Shown here piece after piece: positions 1 through 12,407 of a stretch of 64,000 nucleotides of DNA. Numbering within the stretch: position 1 is the first letter of the stretch; the number at the start of each line of letters is the position of its first letter. The notes beneath the pieces were generated by a model that saw only the letters and a list, made by a program, of their open reading frames with translations, made no database searches and had not been told where the DNA came from. The translations under genes and the position numbers were made by a program. Source of the DNA: Squalus acanthias (lineage: Eukaryota); the NCBI GenBank assembly GCA_030390025.1, contig CM059425.1:226858001-226922000 (forward strand). Direction: 5' to 3'.

Positions 1-195
1 GGATTCTGAGGACCAAGGTGAAAGAGTATAAAGGGCTGATGTAATAGATGGCAGGTGAAGTAGAGATGACAGAAGCGATCTGTCAATGGTGAGAGAGGTA
101 ATGAGGTCAGACTGGATGGAGACTTGTGTAAAGACTTGCAGCATGGTGAATCTGTGGTGGAAATGCAGTGAGGAAGAGCTTGTGGCTGAGGGAAG

Positions 196-430
196 ATGTC
201 TGAGGGTAGAGAAGTTATGCTGAACCTTTATAAAGGGTTGGTTAGGTCACAACTGGAGTATTGCGTCCAGTTCTGGTCACCACACTTTAGGAAGGATATG
301 AAGGCACTTGAGAGAGTGCAGAGGAGATTTACCAGAATGGTTCCGGGGATGGGGGATCTTATCTACAAGGACAAGTTGCAGAAGCTAGATTTGTTTTCAT
401 TAGAGCAAAGGAGGTTGCGGGGTGATTTGG
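196..430 (+). mobile_element. CR1 LINE 3' ORF2 fragment
   Basis: LYKGLVRSQLEYCVQFWSPH...LERVQRRFTRM motif. Confidence 0.9.
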
Positions 431-1465
431 GAACTTGGAGGTGGTGGTGTTCCCAAGCGCCTGCTGCCCTTGTCCTTCTAGGTGGTCGAGGTCAGGGGTT
501 TGGGAGGTGCTGTTGAGAAGCCTTGGCGAGTTGCTGCAGTTCATCTTGTAGATGGTACACACTGCAGGCACGGTGGGCTGGTGGCAGTGTTTCCTCTAAG
601 CTGCGCGTCTGCGCAGCTCTCTGCCTGGTCCCGCGCAGCCGGGTCCAGCTTTTCCAATGTTAAGTTTTGCATATGCGCGAAATTGTGAATGGGCCATGCA
701 CCCAAAAAAAAATTAGGAGGAACATTGGCCGGCGGTGGAGGGAATTATTGTTCAAGACGGTGGACAGGGTGCCAATCAAGCGGGCTGCTTTGTCCTGGAT
801 GGTGTTGAGCTTTTTGAGTGTTGTTGGAGCTGCACTCATCCAGGCAAGTGGAGAGTTTTCCATCACACTCCTTACTTGTGCCTCATAGATGGTGGAAAGG
901 CTTTGGGGAGTCAGGAGGTGAGCCACAGAATACCCAGCCTTTGACCTGCTCTTGTAGCCACAGTATTTATGTGGCTGGTCCAGTTAAGTTTCTGGTCAAT
1001 GGTTAACCCCAGGATGTTGATGGTGGGGGATTCGACGATGGTAATGCCATTGAATGTCATGGGGAGGTGGTTAGATTTTCTCTTGTTGAAGGTAGTCATT
1101 GGCTGGCACTTGTGTGGTGCGAATGTTACTTGCCACTTATCAGCCCAAGCCTGAATGTTGTCCCGGACTTGCTGCATGCGGGAAAAAGACTGCTTCATTA
1201 TCTGAGGAGTTGTGAATGGAACTGAGCACTGTGCAATCATCAGCGAACATCCCCACTTTTGACCTTATGATGGAGTGAAGGTCATTGATGAAGCAACTGA
1301 AGATGGTTGGGCCTAGGAGACTGCCCTGAGAAACTCCTGCATCCTGGGGCTGAGATGATTGGCCTCCAACAACCACCTTCCTTTGTGCTAGGTATGACTC
1401 CAGCCAGTGTAAAGTCTTTCCTCCTGATTCCCACAGGCTTCAATTTTACTAGGGCTCCTTGGTGT
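431..1465 (-). mobile_element. LINE family B (CR1/L2-group) reverse transcriptase (RT) fragment
   Basis: QGSLLGPTIF, FADD and VCTIYKMNCSNSPRL motifs. Same family as the copy at 7815-10925. Confidence 0.85.
585..727. mobile_element. hAT-type MITE inserted in LINE family B
   Basis: TIRs CAGTGTTTCCTCTAA / TTAGGAGGAACATTG. 8-bp TSD gctggtgg / gccggcgg (2 mismatches). Confidence 0.75.
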
Positions 1466-1711
1466 GACACTCATGGACAAGATGAGCTTGCATAGGGAAT
1501 GAGGTGAGATAGGAGATAAAATAGAGAAAGGGATCAGGGCTAGGGCGGGGTGGTAGTTTATCGGTGCACAAGAGGAGGTGGGAGGAGGCAGTAGAGGCAG
1601 CTGAATGGATGGTCTCAATCTTAATGATGAAGTCCATGAGTTCCTTGCACTTGTTGGAGGTGAGGGTGGAGAGGGAAGGGGAGAGGGGTTTAAGGAGATG
1701 GCTTGTAGTGG

Positions 1712-3214
1712 AGAACATAGAAATACAGGAGGCCCTCGAGCCTGTTCCGCCATTCAAAGAGATCATGGCTGATCTGTGACCTAACTCCATATACCCACCT
1801 TTGGCCCATATTCTTTAATACCTTTGGTTAACAAAAAGCTATAAATCTCAGATTTAAAATTAACAATTGATCTAGCATTAATTGCCATCTGCGGAAGAGA
1901 ATTCCAAACTTCTACCACCCTGAAAGGTCTGGCTCTAATTTTTAGATTATGCCCCTAGTCCTAGAATCCCCAACCAGCAGAAATAGTTTCTCTCTATCTA
2001 CCCTATCAGTTCCCCTTAATATCCTGAAACCTTCGATCAGATCACCCCTTAACCTTCTAAATTCTAGGGAATACAACCCTAACTTGTGTAATCTCTCCTC
2101 GTAACTTAACCCTTGGAGTCCGGGTATCATTCTCGTAAACCTACGCTGCACTCCGTCCAAGGCCAATATATCCTTCCTAAGGTGTGGTGCCCAGAGCTGC
2201 TCACAGTACTCCAGGTGTGGTCTAACCAGGGTTTTGTATAGCTGCAGCATAACTTCTACCCCCTTGTATTCTAGTCTTCGAGATATAAAGGCCAGCATTC
2301 CATTAGCCGTTTTGATTATTTTCTGTACCTGTTCATGACATTTTAATGATCGATGTACCTGGACCCCCAGGTCTTTTTGGACCTTCACTGTTTTTAGTTT
2401 TTCACCATTTAGAAAGTACCCTGTTCTATCCTTTTTTAGGTCCAAAGTGGATAACCTTGCCTACACTGAAATCCATTTGCCACAGTTTTGCCCATTCACT
2501 GAATCTATTGCTATCCCTTTGTAATTTTATGCTTCCATCTGCACTGCCTACAATGCCGCTTATCTTTGTGTCATCGGCAAATTTGGATATATGACTTTCT
2601 ATGCCATCATCTAAGTCGTTAATACTGTGAATAGTTGAGGCCCCAACCCAGATCTCTGTGGGACACCACTAGTCACATCCTGCCAATTAGAGTACCTGCC
2701 CATTATCCCTACTGTCTGTCTCCTGCCGCTCTGCCAATTTCCTAACCAGGTCAATAATTTGCCTTCAATTCCATGGGCTTCTGCCTTAGTTAACAGTCTC
2801 TTATGTGGGACTTTATCAACTGTCTTCTGGAAGTCCATATAAATGATATCCATAGATATGCCCCTGTCCACTGCTTTAGTCACCGCCTCATAAAATTCAA
2901 TCAGGTTTGTCAGGCTTTCACAGATCCATGCTGGCTCTCTCTGATCAACTGAAAATTTTCGAGGTGTTCAGTCACCCTATCCTTAATTATAGACTCTAGT
3001 AATTTCCCAACAACAGATGTTAGGCTAACTGGTCTATAATCCCCTGGTTTCCTGCTCTTTTCATTCTTAAATCGCGGAGTGACATGCGCAATGTTCCAAT
3101 CTAAAGGAACAGTTCCTGAATCAAGAGAACTTTGGAAGATTATAGTTAGGGCATCTGCAATGTGCTCACCTATTTCCTTTAAATCCCTGGGATGGAAACC
3201 ATCTGGTCCTGGGG
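1712..3214 (-). mobile_element. CR1 LINE, 5'-truncated, inserted in an L2-like relic (about 1466-1711 and 3215-3650)
   Basis: RT motifs (YMDFQK, VPQ.SGLGPQLF, LVRPHLEYC) and a CR1 3' UTR. Confidence 0.88.
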
Positions 3215-3941
3215 AAGCCGGGAGTCATCATTGCTTTTTAGGGTGATCCTGAAGTAGGGGGCAGCTGTGACAGAGGAGAGCAGGGCCCGATAGTGCCTGA
3301 TGTGGTCCAGCCAGATCTGGTGATGGATGGGTAAACGAATTATGTGCCAGATACGCTTAAGTCTGTGCCCTTTGAATTTGAGGGAGTAAAGATGGGGTCA
3401 TACCAAGGGGAATGATTGGGTGGGAGAGAGAAAAGGTTTTACTGGGGATAAGGGCATCAAAGGTGGAAATGAGGGTGTTTTTGAGAAAATCGACAGCTGC
3501 AGACGTATTGTGGTTAATGGAGAACCAAAGGCTAGTTGGGAGTCTGAAAGTATAGTTAAGAGTAGGTGTGGATGTAGAATGAAGTAGGGTTGGAAGGGGG
3601 TTGCTGCTCTCAGAAGCTGTGGGTTTATTCAAGGCGGCTTCAAACTTTTGGACAATGGCAGAAGAGTAGGAATGCAGAGAAGTGATGGGCTGGGGTAAAG
3701 ATTGGGGGAAGCAAAGTACCGAAGAGGGGAGAAATGAAAGTTGGCATAACTGGGTGACAGGAAAGGGAATGGGCAGGAAAGAAGGTCTTGAGAGGGGTTA
3801 AGCAAAAGAAAAGAGATGGAAGTAATGGGCTTGGGTTCGGAGCGGCAGCCAAATACACGTGAGTGGATACACAGGGAATTTGGGTTACAACCTAGAGCGC
3901 TATCACTGAGCCAAGGCTGACGCCTCAAAGCCCCGCTGCAG

Positions 3942-4330
3942 AGGCTTGAGCACATAATCCAGGCTGACACTCCAGTGCAGTACTGAGGGAGCGCTGCACT
4001 ATCGGAATTGCCATCTTTTGGATGAAATGTTAAACTGAGGCCCCGTCTGCCCTCTCAGATGGCTGTAAAAGATCCTATAGCAGTATTCAAAGAAGAGCAG
4101 GTGATTGTCCCGGTGTCCTGGCCAATATTTATCCCTCAACCAACATCACCTAAAAAATGATGACCTGGTCGTTTATTTCATTGCTGTTTGTGGGAGCTTG
4201 CTGGGTGAAAATTGTCTGCCGCGTTTCCCTACAACAGTGGCTACACGTCAAAAGTACTTCATTTGCTGTGAAGCACTTTTGGATATCCTGAGGTTATGAA
4301 CGACACCAAATAAAGGCTAGTCCTTTCCTT
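3942..4330 (+). mobile_element. DeuSINE/SacSINE1-like SINE
   Basis: Shares the central GGATGA..TTAAAC.GAGGCCCCGTCTG..GTAAAAGATCC..GTGTCCTGGCCAATATTTATCCCTC domain with the copy at 51368. Confidence 0.8.
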
Positions 4331-5814
4331 ACAAAGGCTTGGCAGAGATTAGAAGAGGGATTTCCTGTTTGTAAATGCAGGACCTTCTCCCTTACTCTAG
4401 GTGGCTTGTATCGCATCGAACAAAAATTGTTACACTCAGTACCTTAATGTTACAAAGATGTCACAATATCTAGGCAACCAACTGTCAGCCCCCAGGTGTC
4501 AAACTTCACTCGATCAACAACCTCACCAAATACTAAAGCACTCCACGAAACTAGGCTCACAAATTCAACAGAATTCTCTTTCTCCTCTCTCAGCTTAAAC
4601 CAGGCTGAAAGGCCCGAGAATCTCCAGTCTTTCTCCCCTGACACTGGGGAAAAGCCTCATGGCTTTTTTTCTGCACTGCACTGCCTCCAGCATCTCCCCC
4701 ATTTCTTGGTGACCAGAACCGGACACAGTGCTTAAGGTGCAGTCTGACCAGAGCACTGTACAGTTGGATCACTAACTCCTCTGACTTGCACGCTACTGTT
4801 TTATGATGTAGTTCAGCATCCTATTGGCTTTGTTGATTGCTGCTCTGCACTGGTTGGGCATGTTTCCTTGGACTCCTGGGTCTCTTTCACTCTGCAGGGG
4901 GGGCAAGCTGCACCCATGAATAGGGGGAATCTAAACATTCATAACAAATGAGTGCAATGTTCTCAGAGGCTCATTGTTCAAACTAGTAATTAAATTCATG
5001 AAAGAATTTTTTTTTTAAAATCCCAGCTTTGTCCTTTAAGGTCTTGCCATTGTCAACTGCAGTGAGTTTTAAATTAACAGTAAACATAGGAGGTGTCCCT
5101 GTCTTTATGGGTGGATCTGCAAGAAGACACTTTAGCATTTGAAGTGAATTACATGAAGGAAGTTTTCAAAGTTTTTTTTTTACCTTGGCTGCTATTTGTT
5201 AGGGTTAACTGTAGGCTGCAGGTGGGTAGGAAACCTGCCGCCCTTACCCAGTCTGGCCTATATCTGACTCCAGTCCCACAACAATGTGGTTAACTCTTAG
5301 CTACCACTCTGAAGTGGCCTAGCAAATCACTCAGTTGTGGCAACTGGGAATGGGCAATAAATGCCGGCCTAACCAGGAACGCCCACATCCCGAGAATGAA
5401 TTAGAATTAAAACTGGAAAAAGGAGCTAGAGTCCAACTGGGACCTGGAGTATTTGTCACTGTAATCGATGCAATTTATTCATTTAAGATGAAGGTACACT
5501 CCAGTACAGAGGCAGAGGTATACCTCCATGCTGGTGTAAGAGGAAGCTTTAATGAAAAGTAGCGACAGAGATTGTCTGTTTAACTCCACAAAATATGGAA
5601 GGAGCCTTTGGCTTAACGGTAGTATTAACTCGGAGTCAGAAGTTGCTGGGTTCAAACCCCACTCCAGACACTCCCAGCAAGTAACCGGAACTCCGGCTCT
5701 GAATGCTAGGTGATAACCAGCAGGATACTCGGGTCTGGTGGGTGTGGGTGGCCCTCCTTCATCATATGGGTTGTGCTATATAAAATGCAATTTGCAGTTT
5801 ATAATGAACAAAAA

Positions 5815-6005
5815 AAACTGCAAATGGTGGAAATCTGAAACAAAAGATGCTGGAAACACTTAGCAGGTCAGTCAGTAGCTGTGAAGAGATGAGACCTGTT
5901 ATTGTATCGAGTGTGGACCCATGTTTCAGTTTTGAAGAAGGACCCATATCCAAAACAAAGATGCTGCCTGACCTGTTGAGTGTTTCCGGCTTTTTCTGAT
6001 TTTGT
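5815..6005. mobile_element. Inverted dimer of a Penelope-like element terminus
   Basis: gatgctggaaacacttagcaggtcag...gctgcctgacctgttgagtgtttccggc are inverted copies of the sequence at 53810-53860. Confidence 0.6.
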
Positions 6006-6805
6006 TTGTGTTTTTTAAACGCTGCGCCTGTTCCAGTAACAACTTAAATGCCTCAGAGAGTTGGCGGAACTATCCAGCTCCTTTAAATATGAGCAAACTA
6101 TGCAGTGCGCTAGAATTCGACTGCAGGTTCTGTAGATTCGAGCGCTAACATCAGACTGGGGACAGCAGCCAATGCTTCAGCTTCTCCCGTTAGTAAAGTG
6201 CCCCACCTACTGGTTTGGTTGAGTACTCACAGAATGACTTCAAATAATCCAGCGCCATCTGCGCTCAGCTACTTAACAACTGAACTCAGGCACAATTCAG
6301 CAAAGAAGGGGACCTACTCCTAATTTACCCCAACCACCTCCAACGATCGTTAACAATCCAACCAATGGATGACTGATGAGTTTTATATGTTTTGTTTAAG
6401 CTATTAAGCATTACTGCCCTATAAATATGAGTTATTACAAGTTGAACCAAGCATAGCAAGATAAAGTTTTATTGATGCCAAGTCATCATCAGTCACTCGA
6501 TTGGTGACCATCACTGGGAGGGGACAGGCAGGCCCAGTAATTAAATAGCCCAGAATATATTGACGCACAGTCCTCTTTAGTTTCGGGGAATCCAAGCTTT
6601 TTGCTTCTGTGGCCTGTATAGTACATTCCACGATGCTTTCAGGACCTTATATAAAGTTTGTAATGGTCTATAATTAAGTTATGCAATGTTCCCATTAATT
6701 GGCATATATTGGGACAAAATTAATAGTCAGCTAGAAAGACATGGGTAAGTTGTGTCTGACAAATTTATTTGAGGAAATAATTAAGTATATTGATAAAGGA
6801 CAGCA

Positions 6806-7810
6806 TCATAGAATCATAGAACGATATAGCACGGAAGGAGCCATTCGGCTCTTTGTGCCCATGCCAGCTCTTTGAAAGAGCTATACCCTGCTCTTTCCCC
6901 ATAGCCCAGCAATTTTTTTCCTTTTGAAGTATATATATCCAATTCCCTTTTGAAATTTACTATTGAATCTGCTTCCACCACCCTTGAAGGCATTCCAGAT
7001 CATAACAACTCGTTGCCTAAAAAAATGTTTCTGGTTCTTTTGCCAATTACCGTAAATCTGTGTCCTCTGGCTACTGACCCTTCTGCCACTGGAAACGGTT
7101 TCTCCTTATTTACTCTACCATAACCCTTCATGATTTTGAACACCTCAATCAAATCTCCCCTTGCAGTATATGAATATGAATTTGCAAACATGTCCGCCCA
7201 TTTCACCAGCCTGTCTATGTCTTCCTGAACTCTATCACTATCCTCCTCACTGTTCACTATACTTCCAAGTTTTGTATCAACTGCAAATTTTGAAATTGTG
7301 CCCAGTACACCCAAGCCCAAGTTATTAATATATATCAAGAAAAGCAGTGGTCCTAGTACCGACCCCTGGGGGAACACCACTGTATACTTTCCTCCAGTCC
7401 AATAAACAACCGCTCACCACTACTCTGTTTCCTGTCACTTAGCCAATTTTGTATCCATGCTGCCACTGTTCCTTTTATTCCGTGGGCTTCAACTTTGTTG
7501 GCAAGCCTAATATGTGGCACTTTATCAAACGCCTTTTGTAAATCCATGTACACCACGCCAACCGCATTGCCCTCATCAACCCTCTCTGTTACCTCATCAA
7601 AAAACTCGATCAAGTTAGTTAAACACAATTTGCCTTTAACAAATCCATGCTGGCTTTCCTTAATTAATCCACACTTAATTTCTAAAAGCTTCCCGACTAC
7701 CAAGGTTAAACTGACTGGCCTGTAATTGCTGGGTTTATCCTTGCACCCTTTTTTGAACAAGGGTGTAACATTTGCAATTCTCCAGTCCTCTGGCACCACC
7801 CCTGTATTTA
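6806..7810 (-). mobile_element. CR1 LINE fragment, continuing at about 10930-11125 after the nested LINE
   Basis: PEDWRIANVTPLFKKG, QHGFVKGK and QGSVLGPLLF motifs. The sequence resumes at about 10935 (ggaagattatggcc). Confidence 0.88.
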
Positions 7811-7814
7811 AAAA

Positions 7815-10800
7815 AATTCCTTTTATGGGTTGTGGGCGTCGCTGGCAAGGCCAGCATGTATTGCCCACCCCTAATTGCCCTCGAGAAGGTGGTGGTGAGC
7901 CGCCTTCTTGAACCACTGCAGTCCGTGTGGTGAAGGTACTCCCACAGTGCTGTTAGGGAGGGAGTTCCAGGATTTTCACCAAGCGATGATGAAGGATCGG
8001 CGATATACTTCCAAGTCAGGATGGTGTGTGACTTGGAGGGGAAGTTGGAGGTGGTGGTGTTCCCATGCGCCTGCTGCCTTTGTCCTTTTAGGTGGAAGAG
8101 GTCGAGGGTTTGGGAGGTGCTGCTGAAGAAGCCTTGGCGAGTTGCTGCAGTGCATCTTGTAGATGGTACACACTGCAGCCACGGTACGCCGGTGGTGGAG
8201 GGAGTGAATGTTTAAGGTGGTGGATGGGGTGCCAATCAAGCGGGCTGCTTTGTCTTGGATGGTGTCTAGCTTCTTGAGTGTTGTTGGAGCTGCAGTCATC
8301 CAGGCAAGTGGAGAGTATTCCATCACACTCCTTACTTGTGCCTTGTAGATGGCGGAAAGGCTTTGGGGAGTCAGGAGGTGAGACACTCGCCACAGAATGC
8401 CTAGCCTCTGACCTGCTCTTGTATTTACGTGGCTGGTCCAGTTAAGTTTCTGGTCAATGGTGACCCCCAGGATGTTGATGGTGGGGGATTCGGCGATGAT
8501 AATGCCGTTGAATGTCAAGGGGAGGTGGTTAGATTCTCGCTTGTTGGAGATAGTCATTGCCTGGCATTTCTGTGGCGTGAATGTTACCTGCCACTTATCA
8601 GCCAAGCCTGAACGTCGTCCAGGTCTTGTTGCATGCGGGCATGGACTGCTTCATTATCTGAGGAGTTGTGAATGGCGCTGAACACTGTGCAGTCATCAGC
8701 GAACATCCCCATTTCTGACCTTATGTTGGAGGGAAAGACATTGATGAAGCAGCTGAAGATGGTTGGGCCTAGGACACTGCCCTGAGGAACCCCTGCAGCA
8801 ATGTCCTGGGGCTGTGATGATTGACCTTCAACCACCACAACCATCTTCCTTTGTGCTAGGTATGACTCCAGCCAGTGGAGTGTTTTCCCCCCGATTCCCA
8901 TTGACTTCAGTTTTACTAGGGCTCCTTGATGCCACAGTCGGTCAAATGCTGCCTTGATGTCAAGGGCAGTCACTCTCAACTCACCTCTGGAATTCAGCTC
9001 CTTTGTCCATGTTTGGACCAAGGCTGTAATGAGGTCGGGAGCCGAGTGGTCTTGGCGGAACCCAAACTGGGCATCAGTGAGCAGGTTATTGGTGAGTAAG
9101 TGTCGCTTGATAGCACAGTAGATGACACCTTCATATCTTTATGCTGATGATTGAGAGTAGACTGATGGGGCGGTAATTGGCTGGGTTGAATTTGTCCTGC
9201 TTTTTGTGGACAGGACATACCTGGGCAGTTTTCCACATTGTCGGATAGATGCCAGTGTTGTAGCTGTACTGGAACAGCTTGGCTAGGGGCGCGGCTAGTT
9301 CTGGAGCACAAGTCTTCAGCATGATAACCGGGATGTTGGTGGGACCCATAGCCTTTGCTGTGTCCAGTGTGCTCAGCCGTTTCTTGATATCACGTGGAGT
9401 GAATCAAATTGGCTGAAGACTGGATTCTGTGATGGTGGGGACCTCAGGAGTAGGCCAATATGGATCATCCACTCGGCACTTCTGGCTGAAGATGGTTGCA
9501 AACGCTTCAGCCTTGTCTTTTGCACTCACATGCTGGGCTCCACCATCATTGAGGATGGGGATATTCTTGGAGCCTCCTCCTCCCCCCGTTAGTTGTTTAA
9601 TGGTCCAGCACCATTCACGACTGGATGCGGCAGGACTGCAGAGCTTTGATCTGATCCGTTCGTTGATTGTGGGATCGCTTAGCCCTGTCTATAGCATGCT
9701 GCTTCCGCTTTTTAGCATGCAAGTAGTCCTATGTTGCAGCTTCCCCAGGTTGGCACCTAATTTTTAGGTATGCCTGGTGCCGCTCATGGCATGCTCTTCT
9801 ACACTCCTTATTGAACCAGGGTTGGTCCTCTGGCTTGATGGTAATGGTAGAGTGAGGGATATGCCGGGCCATGAGGTTACAGATTGTGGTGGAATACAAT
9901 TCTGCTGCTGCTGATGGCCCACAGCGCCTCATGGATGCCCAGTTTTGAGCTGCTAGATCTGTTCTGAATCTATCCCATTTAGCACAGTGGTTGTGCCACA
10001 CAACACGATGGAGGATGTCAATAGTGTGAAGACTTCGTCTCCACAATGACTGTGCGGTGGTCACTGCTACCAATACTGTCATGGACAGATGCATCTGTGA
10101 CAGGTAGATTGGTGAGGACGAGGTCAAGTAGGTTTTTCCCTCGTGTTGGTTCTCTCACCACCTGTCGCAGGCCCAGACTGACAGTTATGTCCTTCAGGAC
10201 TCGGCCAGCTCAGGCAGTAGTGGTTCTACCGAGCCACTCTTGGTGATGGACATTGAAGTCCCCCACCCAGAGTACATTCTGTGCCCTTGCTACTCTCAGT
10301 GCTTCTTCCAAGTGGTGTTCAACATGGAGGAGGACTGATTCATCAGCTGAGGGAGGGCAGTAGGTGGTAATCAGCAGGAGGTTTCCTTGCCCATGCTTGA
10401 CCTGAAGCCATGAGACTTCATGGGGTCCGGAGCCAATGTTGAGGACTCCCAGGGACACTCCTTCCCGACTGTATACCACTGTGCCGCCACCCCTGGTGGG
10501 TCTGTCCTGCCGGTGGGACAGGACATACCCAAGGATGGTGATGGAGGAGTTTGGGACATTGGCTGAAAGGTATGATACTGTGAGTATGACTATGTCAGGC
10601 TGTTGCTTGACTAGTCTGTGGGACAGCTCTCCCAATTTTGGCACAAGTCCCCAGATGAGGACTTTGCAGTGTCGTGTCCATAGCCGGTGCCGAGGTCGAT
10701 GCTGGGTGGTCGATACCGGGTGGTCCGTCCGGTTTCATTCTTATTATTGTGTTTTGTAGCGGTTTGTTACAACTGAGTGGCTTGCTAGGCCATTTCAGAG

Positions 10801-10925
10801 GGCAGTTAAGAGTCAACCACATTGCTGTGGGTTTGGAGTCACATAAAAGCCAGACCAGGTAAGGACGGCAGATTTCCTTCCCTAAAGGACATTAGTGAAC
10901 CAGATGTGTTTTTACGACAATCTGA
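7815..10925 (-). mobile_element. LINE family B, near full length (APE endonuclease + RT, frameshifted), with a SINE-like 5' region
   Basis: Endonuclease motifs (QDRPTRGGG, VGDFNVHH), RT motifs (VPQGSVLGP, FADD), 3' tail GGGCAAT..ATGCTGGCCTTGCCAGCGACGCCCAC. 10770-10925 matches the SINE body. Confidence 0.9.
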
Positions 10926-11149
10926 AAGTTTCAAGGTTTGGAAGATTATGGCCAGTACCTCCGCGATTTCCACATTAACTTCCCTCAGCATCTTAGGATG
11001 CATCCCATCCAGTCCTGGTGACTTATCAACTTTAAGTACAGCCAGCCTTTCTGGTACCTCCTCTTTATCAATTTGTATCCCATCCAGTACCTCAACTACC
11101 TCCTCTTTCAACATCTTCTTCCTTGGTAAAGAGCTTACCACAGTCCCTC

Positions 11150-11425
11150 TCTACCACCCCAGCCCTTTACCGCACTCCCTCTCCCGGACCCCCTTACCTG
11201 GGTCACGGCTCTCCCCCTCTCTCCCCCCGCCCCCCCCCAATACCCGGGTTACCGCTCTCCCTCTTCCCCCTTATCGGGGTTACCGCATTCGCTCTCCCCC
11301 TCCCCCCCCCCCCCACTTTACCTGGATTAACACGCTCCCCCCCCACACCCAGTTACCCAGGTTACCGCGCTCTCCCCCAGCCCCCCTCCGTTACCGCGCT
11401 CCCTTTCCCCCCCTCCCGTTACCCA
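11150..11425. repeat. C-rich degenerate tandem repeat (core ccc.ggttaccgcgctctcccc)
   Basis: Recurrent ttacc(g/c) cores separated by C-runs. Confidence 0.75.
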
Positions 11426-11569
11426 GTTAGGGCACAGTTAGAATATTGAGGGTGAATTTCTACTCGTCTATCGTAACTTCAACAGAATTACTGTGAAAAT
11501 CCAGGAGAAATTGTGAAAACGCAGTTCTACTGCCTGTTACTGCAGACGATCAGGAGAACATCCGCAGAA

Positions 11570-12405
11570 CACGGAGTCCAGTTCTGGACGCCTTACTTTA
11601 GGAAGGATGTCACAGCTGTGGAGAGGTGCAGGAGAGATTCACGAAGATGATCCCAGGGTGAGAACAAGGAAGTTATACTAAACCTTTATAAAACACAGGT
11701 TAGGCCCCAGCTGGAGTATTGTGGCCAATTCTGGACACCAGACTTTAGAAGGATGTCAAGGCCTTAGAGAGGGTGCAGAGGAGACTTACTAGAATGGTAT
11801 CAGGGATGAAAGACTTCAGTTACGTGGACAGACTAGAGAAACTGGGGTTATTCTCCTTAAAGCAGATAAGTTTAAGGGGAGATTTGATAGAGATGTTCCA
11901 AAATATTGAAGAGTAAGTAAGGAGAAACTGTTTCCAGTGACAAAAGGGTTGGTAACCAACATTCCCGCTAAGCTGTGTAGCCCCGTAGCAGTCTTAAGGT
12001 CCCACGCAGGCCGCTCACTGGCTTTTCAATGCAAGAAACCACGCATGCGCGAAAATTTGAATGGGCCGTGCAGCCTGTTAAAGGGACCATGCACCAAAAT
12101 AAAATTACAGGGAACATTGTTGTTAACCAGAGGACATAGATTTACGGTAATTGGCAAAAGAACCTGAAGCGACATGAGGAAAAAAATTTACACAGCAAGT
12201 TGTTAGGATCTGGAATGCACTGCCTGAATGGGTGGTGGAAGCAGATTCAATAATAACTTACAAAAGGGAATTGGATAAATACTTGAAAAGCAATAATTTA
12301 CAGGCCTATTGGGGAAGAACTGGGCGTGGGACGAATTGTATAGCTCTTTCAATGAGCTGGCACAGGTACGATGGGCCCAATGGGCTTCTGTGCTGTATCA
12401 TTTTA
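11570..12405 (+). mobile_element. CR1 3' end fragments
   Basis: CCAATTCTGG..TTTAGAAGGATGTC..AGAGGGTGCAG motif and a CR1 3' UTR. Confidence 0.8.
11957..12119. mobile_element. hAT-type MITE (same family as 585-727)
   Basis: TIRs CAACATTCCCGCTAA / TTACAGGGAACATTG. 8-bp TSD ttggtaac / ttgttaac. Confidence 0.8.
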
Positions 12406-12407
12406 TA

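Noticed and set aside
4401-4440. Possible additional plus-strand exon after ccttctcccttactctag
   Set aside because: The acceptor is good, but there is no convincing donor or phase evidence, and it sits between repeats.
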